In this document: positions 17,013 to 26,421 of the stretch, piece by piece
Layout of the letters: the number at the start of each line of letters is the position of its first letter
Numbering within the stretch: the first letter of the stretch is position 1
NCBI GenBank assembly: GCA_001314705.1
Contig: LJSU01000015.1
Span: 6,505 to 70,504 of the forward strand
Direction of reading: 5' to 3'
Source of the DNA: Rhodobacteraceae bacterium HLUCCO07
GTDB lineage: Bacteria; Pseudomonadota; Alphaproteobacteria; Rhodobacterales; Rhodobacteraceae
DNA: 64,000 bases
Notes under the pieces: generated by a model
Database searches by the model: none
What the model saw: the letters and a program-made list of their open reading frames with translations, nothing else
Told to the model about the DNA's origin: nothing
Position numbers and translations under genes: made by a program

Positions 17013-18587
17013 TCATGCCTTGCGTTCGAGCCCGGTCAGGGCGGCGGCAAACTCTTCGGGATCGAAGGGGGCGAGGTCGTCGATCTGTTCGCCCACCCCG
17101 ATGGCATGGATCGGCAGGCCGAACTTATCCGCCAGCGCGACCAGCACGCCGCCCTTGGCGGTGCCGTCGAGCTTGGTCATCACGAGGCCGCTCACATCGG
17201 CGATCTGGCGGAACACCTCGACCTGGTTGAGGGCGTTCTGGCCGGTGGTGGCGTCGAGCACCAGGAGCGTGTTGTGCGGCGCGGTCGGGTCGAGCTTGCG
17301 CAGGACGCGGACGATCTTGGCCAGTTCCTCCATCAGGTCCTTGCGGTTCTGGAGCCGCCCGGCGGTGTCGATCATCAGCAGATCGGCCCCGTCGGCACGC
17401 GCCCTGGAAAGCGCGTCATAGGCAAGGCTTGCCGGGTCGGAGCCTTCGGGCGCGGTGAGCACCGGCACGCCGGCGCGCGCGCCCCAGACCTGCAACTGTT
17501 CGACCGCCGCGGCGCGGAACGTGTCGCCCGCGGCGATGATCACGCTCTTGCCCGCGGCCTTGAACTGCGCGGCCAGCTTGCCGATGGTTGTGGTCTTGCC
17601 CGAGCCGTTCACGCCAACCACCAGCACCACCTGCGGCGTGTCGGGATAGAGCGGCATCGGGCGGGCGACCGCGTCCATCACGCGGGCGATCTCGGCGGCA
17701 AGAAGCTCCTTGATTTCCTGCGTCGAGACCCGCGTGCCAAAGCGGCCCTCGGCCATGTTGGCGGTGACGCGCAGCGCGGTATCGACGCCCATGTCCGAGG
17801 CGATGAGAAGCTCCTCGATCTGTTCGAGCATGTCATCGTCGAGCACCCGCCGGGTGACGGTTTTGCGTTCACGACGCAGAAGACGCGAGAGAAAGCCGGG
17901 CCGCCGTTCGGTCGGATCGGTCGTCACGGACCCGGAAAGCTCGTCCGGGCCGGGTTCGGGGATTTCGAGCGGTGCCGGTCCGGGTGCGGGATCGAGGGGT
18001 TGCGGAGACTCCTCGGGGCTGTCGTTCGGTGACTCCTCGGGGGCGGGATCGGGGAGCGGGTCCCCGCCCGGGGGAATTTCCTCCGGCCCGGGTTCGGGGT
18101 CGCCCTCGGGCTCTTCGTCGGGGGCGGGCTGGCCGGGCTCGTCCGGTGCCGGGACCGGTTCGGGTTCGGGCGTGGGTTCAGGCAGGGGCTCGGGTTCGAC
18201 CTGTGGCGGCGCGGGGAATTCCTCGGGCGCGGGGGATGGTGCCGGGTCTTCGAACGGTGGCTGTTCGGGCGGGGCCGGTTCATCGTCGGGGCTCGGCTCG
18301 GGCTCGGGCTCGGCTTGCGGCTCGGGCTCGGTCGGCTCCTCGGGGGCCGGTTCGGGGAAGGGATCGGGCTCCGGTTCGGGTTCGTCTTCTGGCGCGGGCT
18401 CCGGTTCGGGTTTGGCATCGGGCTTTGTTTCCGGGTCGGGTTTCCTGTCCGGGTCCGGTTGCTCGTCGGGGGTTTCGACCTCGATCTCTTCCTCGACGCC
18501 CCCGTCCTCGACGATCGCATCCAGACCCTCTTCGAGCCTGGAAGAGGATTTGAACAGGCGATCCTTGAGTTTTCGGAAAAACGACAT
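17013..18587 (-). CDS. ftsY: signal recognition particle receptor FtsY with an expanded acidic Pro/Glu-rich A domain
   Basis: ORF 17013..18716. C-terminal NG domain with VVLVVGVNGSGKTTTIGKLA, DTAGRL and TKLDGTAKGG. Start at MSFFRKLKDRLF (ATG 18587, GGAG upstream). Confidence 0.9.
   Translation of the reverse strand: MSFFRKLKDRLFKSSSRLEEGLDAIVEDGGVEEEIEVETPDEQPDPDRKPDPETKPDAKPEPEPAPEDEPEPEPDPFPEPAPEEPTEPEPQAEPEPEPSPDDEPAPPEQPPFEDPAPSPAPEEFPAPPQVEPEPLPEPTPEPEPVPAPDEPGQPAPDEEPEGDPEPGPEEIPPGGDPLPDPAPEESPNDSPEESPQPLDPAPGPAPLEIPEPGPDELSGSVTTDPTERRPGFLSRLLRRERKTVTRRVLDDDMLEQIEELLIASDMGVDTALRVTANMAEGRFGTRVSTQEIKELLAAEIARVMDAVARPMPLYPDTPQVVLVVGVNGSGKTTTIGKLAAQFKAAGKSVIIAAGDTFRAAAVEQLQVWGARAGVPVLTAPEGSDPASLAYDALSRARADGADLLMIDTAGRLQNRKDLMEELAKIVRVLRKLDPTAPHNTLLVLDATTGQNALNQVEVFRQIADVSGLVMTKLDGTAKGGVLVALADKFGLPIHAIGVGEQIDDLAPFDPEEFAAALTGLERKA
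17940..18476 (-). repeat. low-complexity coding repeat (PEPEP/PAPE-type) inside ftsY
   Basis: Residues ~38-216 of FtsY are almost only P, E, D, A and G. The DNA shows reiterated GGCTCGGG / CGGGTTCGGG units. The same tract produces the spurious 305 aa GSGSG ORF on the opposite strand (17710..18627). Confidence 0.8.
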
Positions 18588-18821
18588 TGGGAGACTCCGG
18601 CTTTTCCTCCCAGTTAATACGCCTTGACCGGAAGGAAAAGGCGCCATTGCGACCTGCGGGCCAGGGCACGGGTCCGGTTCCGGCCGAAATTGCCCGGTTG
18701 AAGGGCGCTTCGGCACGCGCGATCACCCGACCGGGGTCAGCCGAACGGGGGCGATTGCGCGTGGATGCGGGCGGTTCTATCCTCTATCCCTGAGCGCGGC
18801 GCATGGTGAGAGGGAAACCCG

Positions 18822-19847
18822 ATGCAGATGAGCCTTTTTGCCCTGGCCACGCTGTTGCCGGTGGGTCTGATCCTGCTGGCGGCGGGACTTGGTGGAGTTT
18901 GGGGGTGGGTGACGCTGGTCTACATGACCGGGTTGACGGCGGCGCTTGACCGTTACGTCCCGCGGCTCTTGCCGGAGCGCGCGGAAGGGGCCGAGTTTCC
19001 CGCGGGCAAGGGGCTGTCGGTGGGGCTGGGCCTTGCGCATTTCGCGGTGCTGGGGGCCGTGCCTGCGGCGGTGGCCTGGGGCAATCATGGCTGGGCCAGT
19101 GCGGTGGTCACGGTGATCGCGGCGGCGCTCTGGCTGGGGCAGGTCAGCCACCCGAACGCGCATGAGCTCATTCACCGCGCTGCCCGCATGCCCCGGCTGT
19201 TGGGGCGCTGGGTCTATGTCTCGATGCTCTTTGGGCATCATGCCTCGGCCCATGTCCTGGTGCATCATGCCCATGTCGGCACCGAAGCCGACCCAAATTC
19301 GGCGCGGCGGGGCCAGGGGTTCTGGCGCTTTGCGCCGCGCGCCTGGGCGGGGTCGTTCATGGCCGGCTTGCGCGCCGAAAGCACGCGCCGCAGGCGGGTG
19401 GGCAAGCCGTGGATCGGGCACCCCTATGTTCAGTATGTCGGCGGTGCGGCGGGTTTCGTGCTCGCATCGGCGCTGATTTTCGGGGCCAGGGGGCTGGCGG
19501 CGTTCCTGATCCTTGCGCTTTACGCGCAGTTGCAGATCCTGCTGGCGGATTACGTGCAGCATTACGGGCTGCGGCGAAGACACGGGGCGGACGGGCGGCC
19601 CGAGCCGGTGAGCGACGCGCATAGCTGGAACACGCCGCACTGGTTTTCCTCGGCCCTGATGGTCAACGCACCGCGCCATTCCGACCACCATCTGCACCCG
19701 AGCCGGCCCTATCCGGGGCTGCGCCTGCGCGAGACCATGCCGATGCTGCCCCATGCGCTTCCGGTGATGGCGGTGATCGCGCTTGTCCCGCCGCTCTGGC
19801 ACCGGGTCATGCGGCGCGCACTTTCACGGATTGGGCAAAGCGGTTAG
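18822..19847 (+). CDS. AlkB-like integral-membrane fatty-acid desaturase/alkane hydroxylase family protein
   Basis: 341 aa with the histidine boxes HELIHR, HASAHVLVHHAHVG, ADYVQHYGL and APRHSDHHLHP, arranged as in alkane 1-monooxygenase. Confidence 0.75.
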   Translation: MQMSLFALATLLPVGLILLAAGLGGVWGWVTLVYMTGLTAALDRYVPRLLPERAEGAEFPAGKGLSVGLGLAHFAVLGAVPAAVAWGNHGWASAVVTVIAAALWLGQVSHPNAHELIHRAARMPRLLGRWVYVSMLFGHHASAHVLVHHAHVGTEADPNSARRGQGFWRFAPRAWAGSFMAGLRAESTRRRRVGKPWIGHPYVQYVGGAAGFVLASALIFGARGLAAFLILALYAQLQILLADYVQHYGLRRRHGADGRPEPVSDAHSWNTPHWFSSALMVNAPRHSDHHLHPSRPYPGLRLRETMPMLPHALPVMAVIALVPPLWHRVMRRALSRIGQSG

Positions 19848-19857
19848 GGTGCGACCC

Positions 19858-20253
19858 ATGAGGTGGCTTTTCATTCTGTTCTTCGGGCTGTGGGGCAGCA
19901 TCGCCGGGGCTGGCGAGCCGCTGGATGCCGACGCGTTCGACGCGCTGACCCGGGGCAAGACGTTTTACTATGGCGAGGACGGGCAGCCCTATGGCGCCGA
20001 GGAATACCTCGACGGTCGGCGGGTGCGATGGTCGTTTCTGGATGGTCGTTGCATGGAGGGGCATTGGTACGAGGCCGATGGAATGATCTGTTTCGTCTAC
20101 GAGGATACGCCCGAACCGCATTGCTGGGTGTTCGAACAGGACGACGGCGGGCTGAACGCGCGGTTCATGGGCCAACCGGGGGCGACCGAGCTTTTCGAGA
20201 TGCAGCAGACGCGCCAACCCTTGCAATGCGAGGGGCCGGAAGTGGGTGTTTGA
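19858..20253 (+). CDS. small secreted hypothetical protein
   Basis: ORF 19783..20253. Signal-peptide-like MRWLFILFFGLWGSIAGAGEP at ATG 19858, four Cys residues, and good third-position GC. Confidence 0.55.
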   Translation: MRWLFILFFGLWGSIAGAGEPLDADAFDALTRGKTFYYGEDGQPYGAEEYLDGRRVRWSFLDGRCMEGHWYEADGMICFVYEDTPEPHCWVFEQDDGGLNARFMGQPGATELFEMQQTRQPLQCEGPEVGV

Positions 20254-20384
20254 CGCAGCGGTCTCGGGTTGAAGTGTTGATGGGTTTGGAGCAAGTCAGG
20301 TTCGCCCAGCCCCTGGCGAGAGGGCAGCACAGGGCCGCGGTCGGGTGCTCCTTGCGCCTGCGTCGTGCAATTTATCCCGAAACG

Positions 20385-21932
20385 TCAGAACAGGCTGCCC
20401 TGTTCGGGTGGCTTGCCGGGCTTGCGCGCCTTCGACGTGGTGCCACCGCCGATTTTCAGCCGTCCGTCCTGGAACTCGATTTCGAGCGCGCCGGCCCTTT
20501 CGGCGGCGGATTTCGTGGTGAGCACCCCCGCCTCGCCGCGCACCACGGCATAGCCGCGTTTGAGCGTGGCCTTGTAGCCCAGCGTCTCGTGCAGCCGGTC
20601 CAGCGCGTCGAGACGGCGGCGCGTCTCGGCGATGCGGCGCTGGCCCGCCTCGGCAACCCGCCGGGCAAGCGATTGCAGCCCTTCGCTTTTGCGCGCGATG
20701 TCGCGGGTGATCGGCGTGAGGGTCAACCGGTCGGCGCGGTGGCCCAGCGCATCGCGTCGGGCGCGGATGGTCTGAAGCAGCCCGGCGGGAAGGCGCGGAG
20801 CAAGCGCGGCCAGATGCCGCCGTTCCTGCCCGATCTGGCGGCGCAGCGTGGACGGGCGCAGCCCGCCCGCCGCCTCGGAGAGACGCACCTTGCGGCGTTG
20901 CACCCCGGTGATGAGCGCCGCCGGAAGCCGCTCACCCGCGCGGTCGAGCCGTTGCGCGGCACCTTCGGTCAGGGTTTGCGGCCGGGGCAGGGCGCGCGCC
21001 AGATCGCGCAGGCGCTGGCCGCGCGCGGCGATGCCCTGTCCCGCCGCATGGGACATGCGCGCGCCCTGCCCCTCGACCCAGGCGAGAAGGTCGAGCCGCA
21101 CCGGCACGGCCAGCTCGGCCGCCGCGGTGGGGGTCGGCGCGCGCTTGTCGGAAACGAAGTCGATCAACGTGGTGTCGGTCTCGTGGCCCACCGCCGAAAT
21201 GAGCGGGATGTCCGACGCGGCGGCGGCGCGGGCGACCACTTCCTCGTTGAAGCCCCAGAGATCCTCGATGCTGCCCCCGCCGCGCGCCACGATAAGAAGG
21301 TCGGGCCGCGGGATGCGCCCACCGGGCTCAAGCGCGTTGAAGCCGCGGATCGCGTTGGCCACCTCGGGCGCGCATTTCTCGCCCTGCACCGCCACGGGCC
21401 AGATCAGCACCTTGCGCGGAAAGCGGTCGCGCAACCGGTGCAGGATGTCGCGGATCACCGCGCCCGAGGGCGAGGTCACGACCCCGATCACCTCGGGCAG
21501 GTAAGGCAGTTTGCGTTTGCGCTCGGGCGCGAAGAGCCCCTCGGCGGCAAGCGCGGCCTTGCGCTTTTCCAGCATCGCCATGAGCGCGCCCAGCCCCGCC
21601 GGTTTCAGATCCTCGATCACGATCTGGTAGCGCGACTGCCCGCCGAAGGTGGTGATGCGGCCGGTCGCCACCATCTCCATGCCTTCCTCGGGCTGGACCG
21701 AGAGGCGCGCGGCCACCCCTTTCCAGATCACGCCCGACAGGACCGATCGGTCATCCTTGAGGTCGAGATAGACATGGCCCGAGCGCGGGCGCGACACGCG
21801 GCCGATCTCGCCACGGATGCGGACATGGCCGAACTCGCCCTCGATCACGCGCTTGATCGCGTTCGAGAACTCCGAGACGGTGAACTCGGGTTCGTTCTTG
21901 CCCGGGGATGGGTCGTCGATCAGGTCGGACAT
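20385..21932 (-). CDS. xseA: exodeoxyribonuclease VII large subunit
   Basis: ORF 20385..22325. FTVSEFSNAIKRVIEGEFGHVRIRGEIGRVSRPRSGHVYLDLKD... is the OB-fold N-terminus. Start at ATG 21932 (MSDLIDD). Divergent from purD, the usual synteny. Confidence 0.9.
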   Translation of the reverse strand: MSDLIDDPSPGKNEPEFTVSEFSNAIKRVIEGEFGHVRIRGEIGRVSRPRSGHVYLDLKDDRSVLSGVIWKGVAARLSVQPEEGMEMVATGRITTFGGQSRYQIVIEDLKPAGLGALMAMLEKRKAALAAEGLFAPERKRKLPYLPEVIGVVTSPSGAVIRDILHRLRDRFPRKVLIWPVAVQGEKCAPEVANAIRGFNALEPGGRIPRPDLLIVARGGGSIEDLWGFNEEVVARAAAASDIPLISAVGHETDTTLIDFVSDKRAPTPTAAAELAVPVRLDLLAWVEGQGARMSHAAGQGIAARGQRLRDLARALPRPQTLTEGAAQRLDRAGERLPAALITGVQRRKVRLSEAAGGLRPSTLRRQIGQERRHLAALAPRLPAGLLQTIRARRDALGHRADRLTLTPITRDIARKSEGLQSLARRVAEAGQRRIAETRRRLDALDRLHETLGYKATLKRGYAVVRGEAGVLTTKSAAERAGALEIEFQDGRLKIGGGTTSKARKPGKPPEQGSLF

Positions 21933-22005
21933 TCGGCCTCGCTTGTGTCTTGTCGCGTCCGACCTTAGAACGCCGCCCAGCAAAGGCCAAGCGGAAGGGC
22001 AGCCC

Positions 22006-23268
22006 ATGAACATCCTCATTCTCGGCGGCGGCGGGCGGGAACATGCGCTCGCCTGGGCGGTGATGCAGAACCCCAAATGCGACAAGCTCATCGTGGCGCC
22101 GGGCAATGCGGGCATCGCCCAGATCGCGGAATGCGCGCGGCTCGACATCATGGACCCGGGGGCCGTCGCCACCTTCGCCGAGCAGAACGCCATTGATTTC
22201 GTGATCGTCGGCCCCGAGGCACCACTGGCCGCGGGGGTGGCCGACCGGTTGCGCGCGGCGGGGATCTCGGTCTTCGGCCCCTCGGCGGCGGCGGCACGAC
22301 TGGAAGCCTCGAAGAGCTTTACCAAGGAAATCTGCGACGCTGCGGGCGCGCCGACGGCGGGCTATGCCCATTTCACCGATCACGCGGCGGCGCGGGCCCA
22401 TGTCAAAGAGCACGGGGCGCCGATCGTGATCAAGGCCGACGGGCTGGCCGCGGGCAAGGGCGTTGTCGTGGCCGAAACCGTCGATCAGGCGCTGGAGGCG
22501 CTCGACGACATGTTCGGCGGCGCATTCGGAGAGGCCGGGGCCGAGGTGGTGATCGAGGAATTCATGGAGGGCGAGGAGGCATCGTTCTTCGTCCTGTGCG
22601 ATGGCGAGGACGCGCTGCCCATCGGCACGGCGCAGGACCACAAGCGGGTGGGCGAAGGCGACACCGGCCCCAATACCGGCGGGATGGGCGCCTATTCCCC
22701 CGCCCCGGTGCTGACCGACGCGGTGGCGCAGAAGACCATGGACGAGATCGTCTATCCGACGCTGAAGGAAATGGCGCGGCGCGGCACGCCCTACCAGGGG
22801 GTGCTTTACGTGGGGTTGATGATCCGCGACGGGCAGCCCCGACTGGTGGAATACAACGTGCGCTTCGGTGACCCGGAGTGCCAGGCTCTGATGATGCGCC
22901 TCGGCGCACAGGTCTTTGACCTGATGCAGGCGGCCGCGGAGGGGCGCCTTTCGGACTGTTCGGTCAACTGGGCCGACGATCACGCGATGACGGTGGTGAT
23001 GGCGGCAGAAGGCTATCCCGGCGCTTATGAAAAGGGCAGCGTGATCGGCGGGCTCGAGGATTGTCCCGAGGATTCGTTCCAGATGGTGTTTCACGCGGGC
23101 ACGGCGCGAGAGCGAGGCCAGTTCGTGGCCAATGGCGGGCGGGTTCTGAACATCACCGCGCGCGGCGCGAGCTTGCAGGAGGCGCGAGATCGGGCCTATG
23201 CGATGGTCGACAGGATCGACTGGCCCCAAGGGTTCTGCCGCCGCGATATCGGCTGGCGGGCGTTGTGA
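22006..23268 (+). CDS. purD: phosphoribosylamine--glycine ligase
   Basis: ORF 21817..23268. MNILILGGGGREHALAWA...VIKADGLAAGKGVVVA...EEFMEGEEASFF...GPNTGGMGAYSP. Start at ATG 22006. Confidence 0.95.
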   Translation: MNILILGGGGREHALAWAVMQNPKCDKLIVAPGNAGIAQIAECARLDIMDPGAVATFAEQNAIDFVIVGPEAPLAAGVADRLRAAGISVFGPSAAAARLEASKSFTKEICDAAGAPTAGYAHFTDHAAARAHVKEHGAPIVIKADGLAAGKGVVVAETVDQALEALDDMFGGAFGEAGAEVVIEEFMEGEEASFFVLCDGEDALPIGTAQDHKRVGEGDTGPNTGGMGAYSPAPVLTDAVAQKTMDEIVYPTLKEMARRGTPYQGVLYVGLMIRDGQPRLVEYNVRFGDPECQALMMRLGAQVFDLMQAAAEGRLSDCSVNWADDHAMTVVMAAEGYPGAYEKGSVIGGLEDCPEDSFQMVFHAGTARERGQFVANGGRVLNITARGASLQEARDRAYAMVDRIDWPQGFCRRDIGWRAL

Positions 23269-23295
23269 GGGGCCGGGGCCTGTTGTGCGGCAGCG

Positions 23296-23607
23296 TCAGT
23301 CGAGTTCGGTCCAGGGCCATGGCTTGACGTTGGAGCCCGTCATGTAGCGGGCGGCCTTGGCCATCCAGACCCCGAGACCGGTGCCGAATTCGGCAATGTT
23401 GGGATTCGGCTTGCCCTTGCTCAGCAACATGATCACGATCTGGATCACGGTCAGAACGCCAAGCACAGTATGGCTGACGCTGAGCATCATCGCGATCAGG
23501 ATCGAATATAGAATGCGCAGCGGGATCGAATCCGGTTGTTCGGGCTCGAACTGTTCGCCATGCAGGCGACCGGAGAGTTTGTCTTCGGCGTCCAAGTGCG
23601 GCTCCAT
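23296..23607 (-). CDS. small membrane protein (DUF4389-like)
   Basis: ORF 23296..23646. Start at MEPHLDAEDK (ATG 23607). Two hydrophobic helices (IPLRILYSILIAMMLSVSHTVLGVLTVIQIVIMLL). The family name is from memory only. Confidence 0.55.
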   Translation of the reverse strand: MEPHLDAEDKLSGRLHGEQFEPEQPDSIPLRILYSILIAMMLSVSHTVLGVLTVIQIVIMLLSKGKPNPNIAEFGTGLGVWMAKAARYMTGSNVKPWPWTELD

Positions 23608-23699
23608 CGGCTGACGAGGTCTGGTCTGCGCACAGATATACCACAAGCGCGGGCCAAGATCATCGCCAAACCGGGCCGCACGGCCCGCGCCACCGTCTG

Positions 23700-24146
23700 T
23701 CAGAGCGCGATAATGTCTTCCAGGTGACCGGGCAGATCGGCCAGCGGCAGTTTGGTGAGATCCTTGTCGAGATCGGCAAGGAGCACGGATTTGAGCTTCT
23801 CGGACATCTCGTCGCGCAGCGCACCCAGCATCGCGGGCGGCGCCGCGATAAGCAAGCGGTCATACCCGCCCGCTTCGAACGCCTCGGTCGTGACCTCAAG
23901 GACATGGGTCGCGAAATCTTCGCGTTTCTGGCGCCGTTCCGAGGTGGGACGCTCGAATTCGTGTCCTGCCATCCCGGGCGCGGCCCGCTGTTGGCCCGGC
24001 GCATCGGCATAGCGCCGCGAGATATCGTCGAATTCCTCGATGGTCCGCACGGCGATTTCGTCCACCCCCTTGCCCACGCCGGCATTGGCGCAAAGCCGCA
24101 AACGGGATTCACTGGCCAGAAGTATGAGCGTCTTGACGGGTTTCAT
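23700..24146 (-). CDS. host-attachment-protein family protein (bacterial eRF1-like fold family)
   Basis: ORF 23700..24173. MKPVKTLILLASESRLRLCAN...FERPTSERRQKREDFATHVLEVTTEAFEAGGYDRLLIAAPPAMLGALRDEM resembles the Host_attach family. Start at ATG 24146 with AAGGA upstream. Confidence 0.6.
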   Translation of the reverse strand: MKPVKTLILLASESRLRLCANAGVGKGVDEIAVRTIEEFDDISRRYADAPGQQRAAPGMAGHEFERPTSERRQKREDFATHVLEVTTEAFEAGGYDRLLIAAPPAMLGALRDEMSEKLKSVLLADLDKDLTKLPLADLPGHLEDIIAL

Positions 24147-24272
24147 CGGTGTGTCCTTTCGTCGGATATCCAAAGGCCTAGAGCGACCGGATATGATCTG
24201 TCAAACCAGTCATATGTCAGTCGGCAAAGCGCGTTGCCGAGCACGGCAGCAATCTGCCCACGGCCCGAGGGA

Positions 24273-25169
24273 TCAGGCGGCGGGCGCCATGCCCCGCTCG
24301 GCAGCCAGTTCGCGCATCCGTTCTTGCAGTTTCTCGAATGCCCGCACCTCGATCTGGCGGATACGTTCGCGGCTTACATTGTACTGGCCCGACAGGTCTT
24401 CGAGCGTGACCGCTTCGTCGCTCAGCCGGCGTTGGGTCAGGATGTCGCGCTCGCGCTCATTGAGCACGTCCATCGCGACCGCCAGCAATTCGCGTCGCGC
24501 CTCAAGCTCGTCGCGCGCCTCGTAGTCCGAGGCCTGGTCGGCGGATTCATCCTCGAGCCAGTCCTGCCACTGCATCGTGCCTTCGCCTTCCTGACCCACG
24601 GTCGCGTTGAGCGAGGCATCGCCGCCCGACAGGCGCCGGTTCATCGAGATCACCTCGTCCTCGGTCACGCCGAGATCATGGGCGATCTTCTTGACGTTCT
24701 CGGGGCGCATGTCGCCGTCTTCGAGCGCGCCGATCCGGGCCTTGGCCTTGCGCAGGTTGAAAAAGAGCTTCTTCTGCGCGCTGGTGGTGCCCAGCTTCAC
24801 CAGGCTCCAGGAGCGCAGGATATATTCCTGGATCGAGGCGCGGATCCACCACATCGCATAGGTTGCGAGGCGAAAGCCGCGTTCTGGGTCAAAGCGTTTG
24901 ACCGCCTGCATGAGGCCGACATTGGCCTCGGAGATCACCTCGGCCTGGGGCAGGCCATATCCGCGATAACCCATCGCGATCTTGGCCGCGAGGCGCAGAT
25001 GCGAAGTGACCATCTTGTGCGCGGCCTCGGTATCCTGATCCTCGACCCAGCGCTTGGCCAGCATGTATTCCTCTTCCGGCTCCAGAAGCGGAAACTTCCG
25101 GATTTCCTGCATGTAGCGGTTCAGCCCGCCTTCGGGGGTGGGGACCGGGAGATTTGCATAGTTGCTCAT
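24273..25169 (-). CDS. rpoH: RNA polymerase sigma-32 (heat-shock) factor
   Basis: 298 aa. HLRLAAKIAMGYRGYGLPQAEVISEANVGLMQAVKRFDP plus the RpoH box SAQKKLFFNLRKAK. Confidence 0.9.
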   Translation of the reverse strand: MSNYANLPVPTPEGGLNRYMQEIRKFPLLEPEEEYMLAKRWVEDQDTEAAHKMVTSHLRLAAKIAMGYRGYGLPQAEVISEANVGLMQAVKRFDPERGFRLATYAMWWIRASIQEYILRSWSLVKLGTTSAQKKLFFNLRKAKARIGALEDGDMRPENVKKIAHDLGVTEDEVISMNRRLSGGDASLNATVGQEGEGTMQWQDWLEDESADQASDYEARDELEARRELLAVAMDVLNERERDILTQRRLSDEAVTLEDLSGQYNVSRERIRQIEVRAFEKLQERMRELAAERGMAPAA

Positions 25170-25362
25170 GATTCGATTGTCCCTTCCGATGTTTATCGAC
25201 TTAACATAGAGTTAAGTATTGATTTAGAATGATTCAAGACCATGGTCTGGAAGCGTTACGAAAACACTAGGGTATTCGGCAGCCGGTTGCATCCCATATG
25301 TCAGACTTCTCACGCTGTCGTGCACATCACTGATCCAGATACTGCCGACCGGCACGGTTGGA

Positions 25363-26421
25363 TCAGTTTTTGCCGGGTGCGTTCGATGCCTGCACGGCCC
25401 CGCGCAGCGCGTCGATAAGCCGGGCCATGTCCATCGGCAGGGGCGAGGTGAATTGCATCTGGTCGCCGGTCACGGGATGGACGAACCCCAACGTGGCCGC
25501 ATGCAGCGCCTGGCGCGGGAAATCACGCGCCGCAGCCAGCCCGGCAGGGGACAAGGCGCGCAAGGGCAGCTTGCGCCGCCCGCCATAGACCGGATCACCC
25601 ACCAGGCCGTGGCCGGCATGGGCCATGTGCACACGGATCTGGTGCGTGCGGCCGGTTTCCAGCCAGCATTCGACCAGCGCCAGCGCCGGCGGCGTGCCGA
25701 AGCTCTCCAGAACGCGCGCGCGGGTCACGGCGTGCCGGCCACCGTCGAACAACACCGCCTGGCGCTGGCGGTCATGCTTGTGACGGGCCAGGCCGCTGGT
25801 GACCTTCATGATGTTGCCGGTCTCGAAACTCACGCCGCGGGTGCCGCGCAGGCGCGGATCGCTGGCCTCGGGGACGCCGTGGACGATGGCGAGGTAATGC
25901 CGGATGACGCTGTGTTTCTCGAATTGCGCGGCCAGCCCCTGATGCGCGCGGTCGGACTTGGCCACCACCAGCAGGCCCGAGGTGTCCTTGTCGATGCGGT
26001 GCACGATGCCGGGCCGGGCCACGCCTCCCACCCCCGAAAGCGTCGCGCCGCAGTGATGCAGGAGCGCATTCACCAGCGTGCCCTGCGGCGTGCCGGGCGC
26101 GGGATGCACGACCATGCCGGCGGGCTTGTCGATCACGATCAGTTCGGCATCCTCGTGGACCAAGTTCAGCGGGATGTCCTCGGGGCCGATATGGCTTTCG
26201 CCGGGCTCTTCCAGCGTGATCTCGACCCGGTCGCCCTCGGCCACGCGTGCCTTGGGATTGTCGGCCACGTCACCGTTGACGCGCACCGCCCCCCCGGCCA
26301 GCAGCCGCGCAAGGCGCGAGCGTGACAGCGACGCCGCCTCTGGCACATCGCGCGAAAGCGCCTTATCAAGGCGGTTGGGCGGATCGGCCGCGATGGCAAA
26401 GCAGAGACGGGTTTCAGCCAA
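25363..26421 (-). CDS. rluD: 23S rRNA pseudouridine synthase, RluA family with S4 domain (RluD-type)
   Basis: 352 aa. RLDKALSRDV...SRSRLARLL is the S4 domain, then VIDKPAGMVVHP and the catalytic GIVHRIDKDTSGLLVVAKS. The only start that keeps the S4 N-terminus is TTG at 26421. Confidence 0.85.
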   Translation of the reverse strand: MAETRLCFAIAADPPNRLDKALSRDVPEAASLSRSRLARLLAGGAVRVNGDVADNPKARVAEGDRVEITLEEPGESHIGPEDIPLNLVHEDAELIVIDKPAGMVVHPAPGTPQGTLVNALLHHCGATLSGVGGVARPGIVHRIDKDTSGLLVVAKSDRAHQGLAAQFEKHSVIRHYLAIVHGVPEASDPRLRGTRGVSFETGNIMKVTSGLARHKHDRQRQAVLFDGGRHAVTRARVLESFGTPPALALVECWLETGRTHQIRVHMAHAGHGLVGDPVYGGRRKLPLRALSPAGLAAARDFPRQALHAATLGFVHPVTGDQMQFTSPLPMDMARLIDALRGAVQASNAPGKN

